Assembly (NCBI RefSeq): GCF_030028105.1 | Contig: NC_092378.1 | Span: 125,601,731-125,665,730, forward strand | Direction: 5' to 3' | Length of the DNA: 64,000 nucleotides | From: Mobula birostris | Lineage: Eukaryota | Shown here: piece by piece, positions 50,866 through 63,169 of the stretch | How the letters are laid out: every line of letters begins with the position of its first letter | Numbering within the stretch: position 1 is the first letter of the stretch | Notes under the pieces: model-generated | Database searches by the model: none | Seen by the model: the letters and a program-made list of their open reading frames with translations, nothing else | What the model was told of the DNA's origin: nothing | Position numbers and translations under genes: made by a program

Positions 50866-51513
50866 AATAACGTTATTTTTATCTCTGATTCTGTAGATGG
50901 ACACACCCACTGAGCTACACTTTATTATTTCAAAATACCCTACGAATTGGATAACAGGCAAACACTGTATGAAAAAGATTTGTGAAGGTAGTGTGGAAAA
51001 TTATTTCAAAATTCAAGTTATAAAACAATCCTTTATGTTCAAGTTGTGGACTACATGTTATACTATCTTGATGTAATAGACTTTCTTATCTCAGATTATA
51101 ATCAATATAGTTTGAGTCTGGATTGAAGACATCTGCATTCCGGTTTTTGAGTTTACAAATTTGGCCTCAGAGTGCTAATTTCATTCTTTCAATTTGTTTA
51201 TTTTGAATAACTATTTATTACTATTTAAGAATACTCAAACAATTTTCATTACTATTTAAGTATACTTTAAAAGAAGATTACATTCCATACCAACCATTCC
51301 GTTCTTTCAGTTTCACAAACAAATGAAAAAGATTCAATAAAGAAGTTCTCCTCAGATTACCTTCTCAATTTCTGTCACAAAGGTCAAATTACTTCATTGG
51401 GATAAGAAGGATTCATTTTGGAGACCAGGCATAAAAATGGAGCTAAAGGAATGTCTGACCTTTGTAACTTTTGGAGGAATAGAGATAAAAAAACAAAGGT
51501 GTTATGATGCACT

Positions 51514-52850
51514 GTTATTATCCACTGAAGTCTACTATAAGCCTACTGACCCTCACAGCTATCTGGACTATTCCTCTTCTCACCCTGCCTCTTGCAAAAA
51601 CGCCATCCACTTCTTGCAATTCCTCCGTCTTCGCCGCATCTGCTCTCAGGATGAGGCTTTTCATTCTAGGACGAGGGAGATGTCCTCCTTTTTTAAAGAA
51701 AGGGGCTTCCCTTCCTCCACTATCAACTCTGCTCTTAAACACATCTCCCCCATTTCACGTACATGTGCTCTCAGTCCATCCTCCCGCCACCCCACTAGGA
51801 ATAGGGTTCCCCTGGTTCTCACCTACCACCCCACCAGCCTCCGGGTCCAACATATTATTCTCTGTAACTTCCGCCACCTCCAACGGGATCCCACCACTAA
51901 GCACGTCTTTCCCTCCCCACCCCCCCGCTTTCCGCAGGGATCGCTCCCTACGCGACTCCCTTGTCCATTCGTCCCCCCCATCCCTCCCCACTGATCTCCC
52001 TCCTGGCACTTATCCTTGTAAGCGGAACACGTGCTACACATGCCCTTACACTTCCTCCCTTACCACCATTCAGGGCCCCAAACAGTCCTTCCAGGTGAGG
52101 CGACACTTCACCTGTGAGTCGGCTGGGGTGATATACTGCGTCTGGTGCTCCTGATGTGGCCTTTTATATATTGGCGAGACCCAACGCAGACTGGGAGACC
52201 GCTTTGCCGAACACCTACGCTCTGTCCGCCAGAAAAAGCAGGATCTCCCAGTGGCCACACATTTTAATTCCACATCACATTCCCATTCTGACATGTCTAT
52301 CCACGGCCTCCTCTACTGTAAAGATGAAGCCACACTCAAGTTGGCGGAACAACACCTTATATTCCGTCTGGGTAGCCTCCAACCTGATGGCATGAACATC
52401 GACTTCTCTAACTTCCGCTAATGCCCCACCTCCCCCTCGTACCCCAACTGTTATTTATTTTTATACACACATTCTTTCTCTCACTCTCCTTTTTCTCCCT
52501 CTGTTCCTCTGAATATACCCCTTGCCCATCCTCTGGGTTCCCCCCCACCCCCGTTTTTCTTCCTGGACCTCCTGTCCCATGATCCTCTCGTATCCCTTTT
52601 GCCAATCACCTGTCCAGCTCTTGGCTCCATCCCTCCCCCTCCTGTCTTCTCCTATCATTTTGGATCTCCCCCTCCCCCTCCAACTTTCAAATCTCTTACT
52701 AACTCCTCCTTCAGTTAGTCCTGACGAAGGGTCTCGGCCTGAAACGTCGACTGTACCTCTTCCTAGAGATGCTGCCTGGCCTACTGCGTTCACCAGCAAC
52801 TTTGATGTGTGTTGCTTGAATTTCCAGCATCTGCAGAATTCCTGTTGTTT
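51514..52850 (+). mobile_element. Longest Penelope-like (Neptune-type) copy: RT C-terminus, Cys-rich linker, GIY-YIG endonuclease, hammerhead, tail
   Basis: STEVYYKPTDPHSYLDYSSSHP..QFLRLRRICS; RVPLVLTYHP; GTYPCKRNTCYTCPY; VIYCVWCS*CGLLYIGET; VATHFN. Contains a frameshift and a stop. 15-bp TSD GTGTTATGATGCACT (51499-51513 / 52851-52865). Confidence 0.95.
52717..52752 (+). ncRNA. Minimal type I hammerhead ribozyme (intact core)
   Basis: Identical to 23707-23742; predicted cleavage after C52748. Confidence 0.85.
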
Positions 52851-52851
52851 G

Positions 52852-53099
52852 TGTTATGATGCACTATCAATTACTCCAAAAGACTGGAAGTAGAGTAAAT
52901 ATTGAAAGGCTTTTATGAACAGTAAATGGACCAACGTCCATGCTGAGTATCGGTCCTGGACTGAGGGAGGAGCAGCGACACAATCACCTTTATTCAGGGA
53001 TCTGTGGGAGGAGCCACAGGAGCAGTCAGCAGAGGGGCGTGTCCAGGCATATCCAGACGGGTAACCAAGTTACAACCTATAGATATATGGTTTACCACA
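52852..53099. mobile_element. Possible solo LTR hit by the Penelope insertion
   Basis: TG...CA ends, GC-rich interior, minus-strand AATAAA near 52990; no convincing TSD. Confidence 0.35.
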
Positions 53100-56000
53100 A
53101 GTTAAAAAAATTATCAGAAAACATAATGCTATACCCATGATTGTCACTCCTGCTTGGCCTTTTTCCTGCTCCTGTTTACTCATGTTCTTATATTGAAAAT
53201 ATATTCAAAAGTATTATAATAATTGAAATCTGAAAGACACACATAACAGTAGTTCCTCTACAAAGTTGTACTTTATTTGCTCTGTTGACATTTATTATTT
53301 CCTTTGGTACAGTAATATACTGGATGTTAAGGATTAACTGGAGTAGGTAGCATATTTTTCATCTTGAGAAGAGACCTAAGAAGATCACAATGGTATTTGT
53401 GTGCACTTGTGGTACAAGCTGTGTCAGATTCCACACTGATGAAGGTACTAATATTACATAATGAACAGTCACAAGAGATATACAATACAATGCAACCAGA
53501 TCAAGACATCAATTAGTATTCATTGGACTTAATATGATTTCCTCTGTTAAACACCAATAGGTCAATACATTGTAAGCAGCAGGAAAGATTCCCTATGTCT
53601 CAATGCCAGTCATTTAAAAAGTATCATGAACAACTCATATGTTAGTGATAAGTAGAGTTTCTGTTAGTTCTACGAACTTTTACTTTCTCCAGATGATTTA
53701 AATCGCAGTAATCTACAAGAAGTGATGGGACAGGTTCAGAAAGGCTTAAAGCTGCGCCTTCAGGCTTTGTTGAAAACCGTTGTTCCCAGATATGGATGCA
53801 ACATCAACCATTTCCCTTGCTGTACAGTATAACTGATAAAAAATATCAACAGAAGGCATACAGAATGAAGTACTAGATGGGAAAGCCTTTCATGTAATCC
53901 CAAATGTGTCTAATAAGTTCAGAGAGGAATCTGTCTACTGAAATTTAATGAGAACAATGTGTATGAAGCCTAGACTTCACCAAGAATGCCTTCATTGAAA
54001 CTTGTCACATATTCTGGCAATAATACATCTTTAAATGAGGATTAGCTCTAAACAATATGTGTTTAGAGATAATCTTCATTTAAAGGTGTATTATTTAAAG
54101 ATGTATTATTAAGTACTAGCCACATTTAATATTGCCCTGGTGCTGTCGTCAAAGAATAGTTTGGTTAGCACTGGCTGGGTGCTGGACTGAACACAAAGTA
54201 ATAAGATTATAAATTGCCTGCACTTCACTGAATGAATTCTAGTTAATCACACATTGTGATTCTCAGGACTATTATCTCAACTGAGACTCCAATTTCTGGC
54301 AAATATTTATATCATTTATGCTTTGCAATCATTCATACACATACATAAGGAATAGCAGTACATCTTTGCAAGTATTTACTTCAAAATGAGAATATATTTT
54401 ATTCGGAGATACAAGTTTTCTTTTTTTATTATTAAAGCATTAGTGCTACATCAGTTTGCACTCATGGTTGAAAGTCTCTCCCTTTTTTTTGTTCAGCGTC
54501 TTGGTTCAAGTATTGCTGTATTCATTGACTGAATATTTGACCATCTGGTGACTATAAAGCTTCTAATGATCCAATAGAGTAACATGTACTTGCTGGAGCA
54601 TATGTCCTAGCAGATGCTGCCCTTGATGTGCTCTCCAATACCTAGTATTTATAACAAAATGAGACATTTGAGCCACATGCCTTATCTTCATATCAGATTA
54701 TGGCTTATACCTCCTCCTTTGCTTTTTGTGTTCCTTTGTCTCAGGAAAGTGCATAGCCTTTTCTGCCCTTCTGTAGGCCTCATTTGTACCTTACTGCATT
54801 CTTGGTTTAAAAAATGTACGCTGCTATTTTATCCAAGATTATGAGAGTTTTAATGATGCATAAAATGCATTTTATGCTATGTTGTTTTTTCAGTTATGAA
54901 TTTTCTGTTTTAATACTCACCTTTGTTCAAGGGGAATGAACATAATAAAATGAAGGAGTAGCCAATAAGCTACTTGATCTTTAATAAGATTATGATCTTA
55001 TCTTAGATCCAATCTTGATTAACTTTCCTGTCCTCTCCCCAAATCCACTTTCCTACACTCTTCCCGCACCCCATGACTCCTTGAGAGATTGAATATCTGC
55101 CAATATTTGTCTTGATTATATTCAATGACTCCATCTTCAAGCCCTCTGAAGAAGAGAATATCAATGATTCACAACACACTGAGAAAAGAAATTCTTCCTT
55201 GTCTTCTTCTGAAACTATGCCCTCTAGTTCTAGATGACCTCTAGGGAAAACATCTTTTCAGTGTCTACCCTGCCAGCCTTTGTTCTGAGGGGTATTCACA
55301 GGGTGGCTCATTTTAGCCATGTTCTGCTGCTGCAGAGAGTAATTTATTTCTCTCTCTCTCAGGTATAGTGAAGAGTTCTTCATCTTGATTGTTCAAAGAT
55401 CAACATAACTTTATTATCAAAGTGTATAAAAGTTGCCATATGCTCCCTTGAGATCAATTTCTTGCAGGCATTTGCAGGAAAAAAACAACACAATAAGCTT
55501 ATGAAAAACTATACATAAAATGACTAAGATTGACAAACATTTGTATTTCACAATGAGAGAATAGCCACAAAGGAGTAAAAAAGTGACATGGAGATTCTCT
55601 CTGACTTTCGTGTGTAACTCTGAACAGTCTGACTTGGAATCAGTACATAGTAGCTAACAGATGAAGTCAATATATGTTTTCGCTGTCATGTGCTATTCCA
55701 TCGCATAGCAGTTAGTTATCCATACATATAATTTTTCGCAACATAATTATTTGTCCTGCCCTGTCTCCCAGCAATCTTGGTCACTCAAATAACTGATAAT
55801 ATTTTCAACTTTGAGAAGTTAATTGTTGCAATTAAAGTTGCTTTTCATGCTTGTTCCATGTTGAATGTTCCATGGTGGTTTACATAATTACATCCCATTT
55901 GTCTTGTCAGATGAAAATAAATGGCTACTTATGTCAAAACTCGGGAAAAACAATAAATTATACGATCAACTGAGTACAGAAAGCTCTGTTAAAAGTTCCT

Positions 56001-56539
56001 TGGCCACCAGTATTTCCTTCACTGATGAAAAGTCTTTTTTTGTTTTATTTTTCTAAGAACCACTTGCAAAAGATTAGCAAAATAAATATCTGTACAGCAA
56101 ACACTAAATGATCAAGATACATTGGAGTAATGTTGTCTGGATGTAGTTAATGCACGGTTTTAACAGCACAGGAGCTGAGCTAGATGGAACTGGGTGATTA
56201 TCTTGTTGAAGGTTGTGAGGGTTGTTATTAAAAAAGAGCTTCAGGTATATTCAAGCAGGTGGAGGACATAGGGTTCAAGGTGCAATATTTTAGGAAGTCT
56301 GAGAAGTATTGAATGTTAGAATGAGAATCTGAAAAGGTAGAGGAATGAGAAATGAAAACAGAAGAGGAGGTGTAAAAATTAAAAATGAGGAAATAGAATG
56401 GGGTTGGATATGAAGAGGCATGCAAGTCAGTCCCTGGATATAAAACTGGGGCAAAGCTAAAGATTCCTATCAGTTCCTGGAGTGGAGAATAGTGCAGGCT
56501 AGAATTTTTAGTCAAGGTTACATGTAGCAAAATTACCTG

Positions 56540-56972
56540 AAGTACTTCTGCCTTTACAAGGAGAGTCAAGTTATTTCTTTTGGCGCTGGGACCAACCAAA
56601 AGTATTTCAGTTTTAACTTCATTTAGTTTTAGGAAATTATAACTCATCCATATGTTTATTGCAGCCAAATCAGAAGTCAGAGAAAATAAGATGTTGTCAT
56701 CATCAGGCACAAATATACAATTGTATATCTCCTGCGTAACTGGGAAAATGTATAAGGAGAAGAGCAGGAAACCAAGACTGCTTCCTTGTGGTACACTAAA
56801 AGGTTCATTGTATCTCTTAGAAAATTGGTCTCCAAGACAGACAAAAATTTTCTCTCTAAGATATATGAACAAAACTATTTAAAGGACAACCAAAGTCCAA
56901 CTACCAGAGGGGCCAACTCAGTTCTCAAGGTGATCTGGGAGAATGTTGTGGTCAATAGTGTGGAAGGTAGCA
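56540..56972 (-). mobile_element. L2-clade LINE RT fragment
   Basis: VPQGSSLGFLLFSLYI...INIWMSYNFLKLNEVKTEILLVGP. Confidence 0.8.
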
Positions 56973-57409
56973 CTTAATTCTGGTAATTCTGGTAACAGTA
57001 GTAATAATGAAGAACGTGAAGATGAAATTTAGTTGTTACATGTACATCAAACCATTGAAACATACAGTGAAATGTATTGTTTATGCAAACAGCCAACACA
57101 GTCTGAGGATGTGCTGGGTGCAGCCCACAAGTGTTGGCATGCTTCCAGCACCAACAAAGCACTCCCATAACTTACTAACCCATACAACCACTACTGTGCA
57201 GCACGGGGCATGGTTGAGATTATAGGATGGATAAAGTTACTTTAAATCTTAAGCAACTGAATTGTGTATTTCATGTACAGCAGTTAAACCTTGTCATGTA
57301 ATGTGGGGACAAAATAGTTCAAGAGAAGTCTGGAAACTTGGATGTCCAACCTGAGCAGAAATCCAGTGCTCACAGATGAAAACTAAGAACAACACCGTGA
57401 GTGTGTGGT

Positions 57410-57600
57410 AAACACAAGATGTTCTGCAGATTTGCAGATTATGCAGATACTTAGCAATACACACAAAATGCTGAAGGAATTCATCAAGTCAGGCAGCATC
57501 TATGGAGGGGAATAAACATGATGTTTTGGTAAGTTAACAGAAGTATTGATGAAGAAGATGAAGATGAAGGGCTCAGCCTGAAATGTCATTGTTTGACTCC
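57410..57600. repeat. Decayed Penelope-tail remnants in inverted arrangement
   Basis: Minus-strand tail ACACACAAAATGCTG..CAGGCAGCATCTATGG followed by plus-strand GATGAAGGGCTCAGCCTGAAATGTC. Confidence 0.5.
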
Positions 57601-58179
57601 AGGGACTTCCGGACTATGTGTTCAACAAGTCCTTTGAGAAGGACAGAGTGAGGATAAGTACAAGGTGAATTATAAAAGAGGAATACAGATGTATATCAAA
57701 GAAATAAAAGTTATTTATGGAACTTAGCATAATCCTCAGAAGTGTCTGTGATTGGGAACAATTGGGAGCTTAAGTGTGCTTGGGAAATTGCTGTTAGCCA
57801 AATGATTTCCACATTCAACACAAATGTGTCAGCGTACAGCAAGCAACCAAATCAACATGGCTGAGTTCAGTTTAGTGAGAATGGCTGCACGTTCACAGGT
57901 CTTCTGAGCTTCCTGAAGCTTGCCTCGGACAGCAAGGTGACAGTGTAATGGATTTGGAGGTTGCCAGGCGAAGACTGACAATTGCTTATTTGAGTGACAT
58001 TTGGAAAGCTTATTTACAGAATTTGCAATGACAGCCAGCATTGGAGGTACATTTGTAAACTATGTATTTAGTTTAAGTATGGAAGCTAAACCTGTTAAAA
58101 TAGCAGCAGCCCCATTGAAATAAATTGGAGAGATAGTTGCTGGGAGGAGCCGGATTGACCTTTTTTATTTGAATTTTTT

Positions 58180-59050
58180 AGAGTCATAAAGTTGGACAGC
58201 ATAGAAATAGGTTCTTTGGCCCAAACATGACAATGCAGACCACCATGCCTATCTGCACATTACTTGCCTGCCTTACGTCTGTATCCCTTTTGCCTTGTTC
58301 ATTTAAATACCTGTCCAGATGCCTCTTAAATGATGTTACTGTTCCTGCCTCTACCACCTCCTCTGGTAACTCATACCAATTACTCCTTGTGAGAAAAATA
58401 TATCTTCACATCTTCTTAAAACCTCTCCCTCCTCACCTTAAACCACTGCCCACTGGGTTTAGACAATCCTACTATAGACTCTGACTATTTACCCTGTCCG
58501 CCTCTCTCTTAATTTTATATATGTAATTTATTTAGTGTCATTGAACACTACAGCACCAAAGCAGGTCTTTTGGCCCATCTGATCTGTGCTAAACTATAAT
58601 TCTGCCCAGTCCCATTGATTTACTCCTGGACAATAGCCCTCCATACCTCTCCCATCCATCTACCTATTCAAATTTCCCTTAAATGTTGAAATCGAACCGA
58701 CATCCACCACTTCTGCTGGCAGCTCATTTCACATTGAAGAAGCGCCCCCTCATGTTCCTGTTAAACATTTCACCTTTCACCCTTAATCCATGACCTCTAG
58801 TTTCACCCAATCTCAGTGGAAAATGCCTGCTGGCCTCGATCTACACCCCTCACAATTTTGTATATCTCCATCATATCTCCCCTTATTCTTCTTTGCTCCA
58901 AGAAATAAAGTCCTGATCTATTCAATTTTTCCCTATAACTCAGATCCTCAAGGCTTAGCAACATCCTCTGCGCTCTTTCAATCTTATTGACATCTTTCCT
59001 TTAGATAATGAGGAAAACGGCACACAGTACTCCAAATTAGGTCTCACTGT
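58180..59050 (-). mobile_element. Two stacked CR1 3' fragments
   Basis: Both homologous to 25970-26600. Confidence 0.8.
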
Positions 59051-59339
59051 TAGGGCGTATTCTGGAGTTATGGTATATAGCAAATACTAATTTCAACAGC
59101 AGCCAGTCTTCAGACCTGAACATGGATTGTAGATTGAATTTAAAGTGCAGCTCTGAACAATGGTCTTCCTGGAGCTGCATTTTGGTGTGGACTGCAAACA
59201 AAGAAACACTGAATTTGACCTCAGATGCCTGCATATACATGATGCAGCCCAGAGTCTGTAAGAATTAACATTCATTTTGGGTGAAGATGGATATGTAATT
59301 CAAAGGAAGCGTTGTAGATACATTGTAACTATAGAATTG

Positions 59340-60022
59340 TGTCAAGATCTCTGAGGATCTAACCTGGTCCCAACATATCGATGTAGTTATCAAGAAGGCA
59401 AGACCGCGGCTATACTTCATGAGGAGTTTGAAGAGATCTGACATGTCAACAAATACACTCAAAAACTTCTATAGTTGTACCGTGGAGAGCATTTGGACAG
59501 GCTGCATCACTGTCTGGTATTGGGGGGGGGGGGGGAGGGCGGGATGCTTCTGCACTGGACCGAAAGGAGCTGCAAAGGGTTGTAAATCTAGTCAGCTCCA
59601 TCTTGGGTACTAGCCTACAAAGTACCCAGGACATCTTCAGGGAGCGGTGTCTCAGAAAGGCAGCGTCAATTATTAAGGACCTTCAGCACCTAGGGCATGC
59701 CCTTTTCTCACTGTTACCATCAGGTAGGAGGTACAGAAGCCTGGAGGCACACACTCAGTGATTCAGGAACAGTTTCGTCCCCTTTGCCATCTGATTCTTA
59801 AATGAACGTTGAACCCTTGGACACAACCTCACTTTTTTTGCATGTTTTTAAAAAATCTATTCAATATTTGTATACTATAATTGATATACTTGTTTATTAT
59901 TATTTTTATTTATTTATTATTATTTCTTTTCCTGCTAGATTATGTATTGCATTGAACTGCTACTGCTAAGTTAACAAATTTTACGTCACATGCCGATGAT
60001 AATAAACCTGATTCTGATTCTT
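59340..60022 (+). mobile_element. Rex1/Babar non-LTR retrotransposon 3' fragment
   Basis: ISEDLTWSQHIDVVIKKARPRLYFMRSLKR..FYSCTVESIWTGCITVWY; ends AATAAACCTGATTCTGATTCT. Confidence 0.85.
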
Positions 60023-60214
60023 ATTCCTGCTGTTACCTTTGATTTTTAGTATATAAAAATGTCATGTAGTATTGGGTCAGATCAGCCTCTTCTTCCAAGT
60101 GTGTCTTGAATATGATGCCTGCTGCTTGTTTTGTTGAATGAAGACTTTTATATCCACCAGCTTCAGTGTATCTCTGGTGACTTTGTTCACAGTCACAACA
60201 CTTACCAATGACTT

Positions 60215-61860
60215 AAAGAGCTTTAGCTTAACATCCCAACTCCTGTACTCAATACTTTGAAAGCCAATGTACCAATAGCTCTCTTTACAACACTATCTAC
60301 TTGTGCTGCCACATTCAAGGAATTATGGATCTTTTTTTCCAGATCCCTCTGTTCCACTGCATTCTTCAGTGCCCTATTGTTTACCAAGTAAGTCCTACCT
60401 TGGTTTGTCCTCCCATAAGTGCACACTTAACATTTGTCTGGCATTAAATTCCATCTGCTATTTTTCAGCCCATGTTTCCAGCTGTTTCAGATCTCACTGC
60501 AAAGCTTTGATAGTCTTCCTCACTGCCTAGTATACCCCCAGTCTAGTGTCCTGTGAAAGTTTGCTGAATCAGTTAACCACATTATCATCCAAATCATTGA
60601 TAGAGATGACAAATAATCGTAGACCTATCACCAAGCTTTGCAGTAAACCACTAGTCACAGGCCTCCAGTCAGTGAAGCAACCATCTACTACCACTCTCTA
60701 GCTTCTCCCAGAAAGCCAATGTTGAATGCCAAGGGAATTCCATGTGGGAAGTTGTTAAAGACTTTGCTAAAGTCCATATAGACAACATCTGTGACCTTTC
60801 CTTCATCAACTTTCCGGGTAACTTAGTTAAAAGACCATAAGACCATAAGTTTTAGGAGCAGAAGTAGGCCATTCGGCCCAGCAAGTCTGCTCTGTCATTC
60901 AATCATGGGCTGATCCACTTCATTCAGTGATCCCCACTCCCCTGCTTTCACCTCATACCCTTTGATGCCCTGGCTAATCAAGAACCTATCTATCTCTGCC
61001 CTGAATACACCCAAAGATTTGGCCTCCACAGCCGCTCGTGGCAACAAATTCCACAGATTTACCACCCTCTGACCAAAGTAATTTCTCCGCATCTCAGTTC
61101 TAAAAGGACGTCCTTCAATCCTGAAGTCTCGCCCTCTTGTCCTAGAATCCCCTACCATGGGAAATAACTTTGCCATATCTAATCTGTTCAGGCCTTTTAA
61201 CATTTGTAATGTTTCTAAGAGATCCTCCCTCATTCTCCTGAACTCCATGGAATACAGCCCAAGAGCTGCCAGACATTCCTCATACAGTAACCCTCTCATT
61301 CCTGGAATCATTCTCGTGAATCTTCTCTGAACCCTAAAAAAGTCTATAAGATCTGTTAGACATGACCTGCCATGCATAAAGCCATGTTGACTATCCCTAA
61401 CAAATCCCTGATTTGTCTATCCAAATACTTACATACGCGATCCCTTTAAATAACTCCCAATAGCTTACCCACCATTGATATCGAACGCACTGGCCTATAA
61501 TTTCCATCTTATTCTTAGAGCCTTTCCTAAACAACGGAACAATTTTTAATATCCTCCAATCCTCCAGCACTTCACCCATGGCTAAGGATATTTTAAATAC
61601 TTCTGCTAGGGCCCCTGGAATTCCTGCACTGGACTCCTACAAGGTCCAAAGGAGCATATTGTCAGGCCCCGTAGATACATCCACCCTAATCTGCCTCAAC
61701 ACAGCAACCACATGCTCCTCTGTAATCCATATATGATCTATGACTTTACACCTTTTATGCTTCATTTCTATAAGATCTTTGTCCTCAGAAAATACAGATG
61801 CAAAATCCATTTAAGATGTCTCCGATTTCCTGTGGCTCCATGTATAGATGGTCACACTGA
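60215..61860 (-). mobile_element. Old CR1 with a younger CR1 3' end (~60832-61335) nested inside
   Basis: Outer RT remnants (EQRDL..HNSLNVAAQV; EDWRILKIVPLFRKG); inner copy similar to the reverse complement of 10585-11085. Confidence 0.88.
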
Positions 61861-61927
61861 TAGTCAAGTAGAAACTGATTTGTTTAAATTAATTTTATTG
61901 TTCAAATGTTGGGAAAAAACTAATTTA

Positions 61928-62285
61928 AACATAGAAAGATAGAAAACCTACAGCACAACACAATACAGGCCTTTCTGCCCACAAAGCTGTGCCGAACATG
62001 TCCTTACCTTAGAAATTACCTAGGGTTACCCGTAGCCCTCCGTTTTTCTGAGCTCCATGTATCCATCCAGGAGTCTCTTAAAAGACCCTATCACATCCGC
62101 CTCCACCGCCGCCGCCAGAAGCCCATTCCACACACTCACCACTCTCTTTGTGAAAAACTTACCCCTGACATCTCCTCTGTATCTACTTCCAAGCACCTTA
62201 AAACTGTGCCCTCTCGTGTTAACCATTTCAGCCCTGGGAAAAAGCCTCTGACTACATGATCAATGCCTCTCATCATCTTATACAC
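61928..62285 (-). mobile_element. CR1 3' end fragment
   Basis: NTRGHSFKVLGSRYRGDVRGKFFTKRVVSVWNGL. Confidence 0.88.
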
Positions 62286-63169
62286 AATTTAAATTTGTTT
62301 ACTTTTTTTTAAAGAAGAGTTTCGACTGTATTTGGCAGGGGTAGTTACAAACATTCAATTTTAGTGAAACTTTGATAGATGGCAAGTGGGAGAATTGGTG
62401 GTGTACAGGGGTGGCCTTTGAAGCCTGTCAAGGGCATCATGAAAGTGCAGATAGTTGCGTGTACTGGGGCAAACTCCACACTGCATTTCACCATACCAAA
62501 TATGGTAGGAATCTGTTTGCTAGTGGTACGCAGGATACAACATAGTCAAAAAGCAGGCAGCAAACTTGGACATCTTTCCCCTCTTCCGTTAGGGTTCTAT
62601 CAGGTGGCAGATCAGAAACAAAGGGGGCTCACCATTGAATGCAAAAGTTCTTCTGGGCATCCTGATGCTGGGGAAAGCTTGATATAAATAGAAGGATCTT
62701 TTTATTTGGTACAGGAATCCTTTCACCTTCCACCTGAATTGCCAGATATCATATATTTTAATTGCTCAAGCTACCTGTGCCACATATTCTCATGATCCTT
62801 TCTACTGCTATAGAGCTTCAAAATGGTAACAACATACAGTTTAAATCCTTGTTTACAATATAGAATATACAGCAAAACCTCTGCAGCTCCGGAGAGGACA
62901 AGGGATTGAGCAACAGGAGAGAGAGTTCAAAAGAGGTGAGAAATTTGGGATATTCTGCAACCACAGTTCCCAAGGAGATGTGCAAAGGGTTGTGCAAAAT
63001 TAGGTACTTGGCAAGGGCCAATAAAAGTAAGTTAGGTTTAAGTGCAGTGGCCACTGTCTGAGTGGGCCAATGTTAGAGTGGGGCGATTACGCTTTGGCTG
63101 ATAGAGGCTTCGGTGAGAAAAGATAAAGGCTGTAGGTAGATTTTTTTCCGTTCAATATTTCTTTCTTTC

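Noticed and set aside
56228-56872. 214-aa ORF as a host gene
   Set aside because: Decayed L2 RT fragment running into low-complexity flank.
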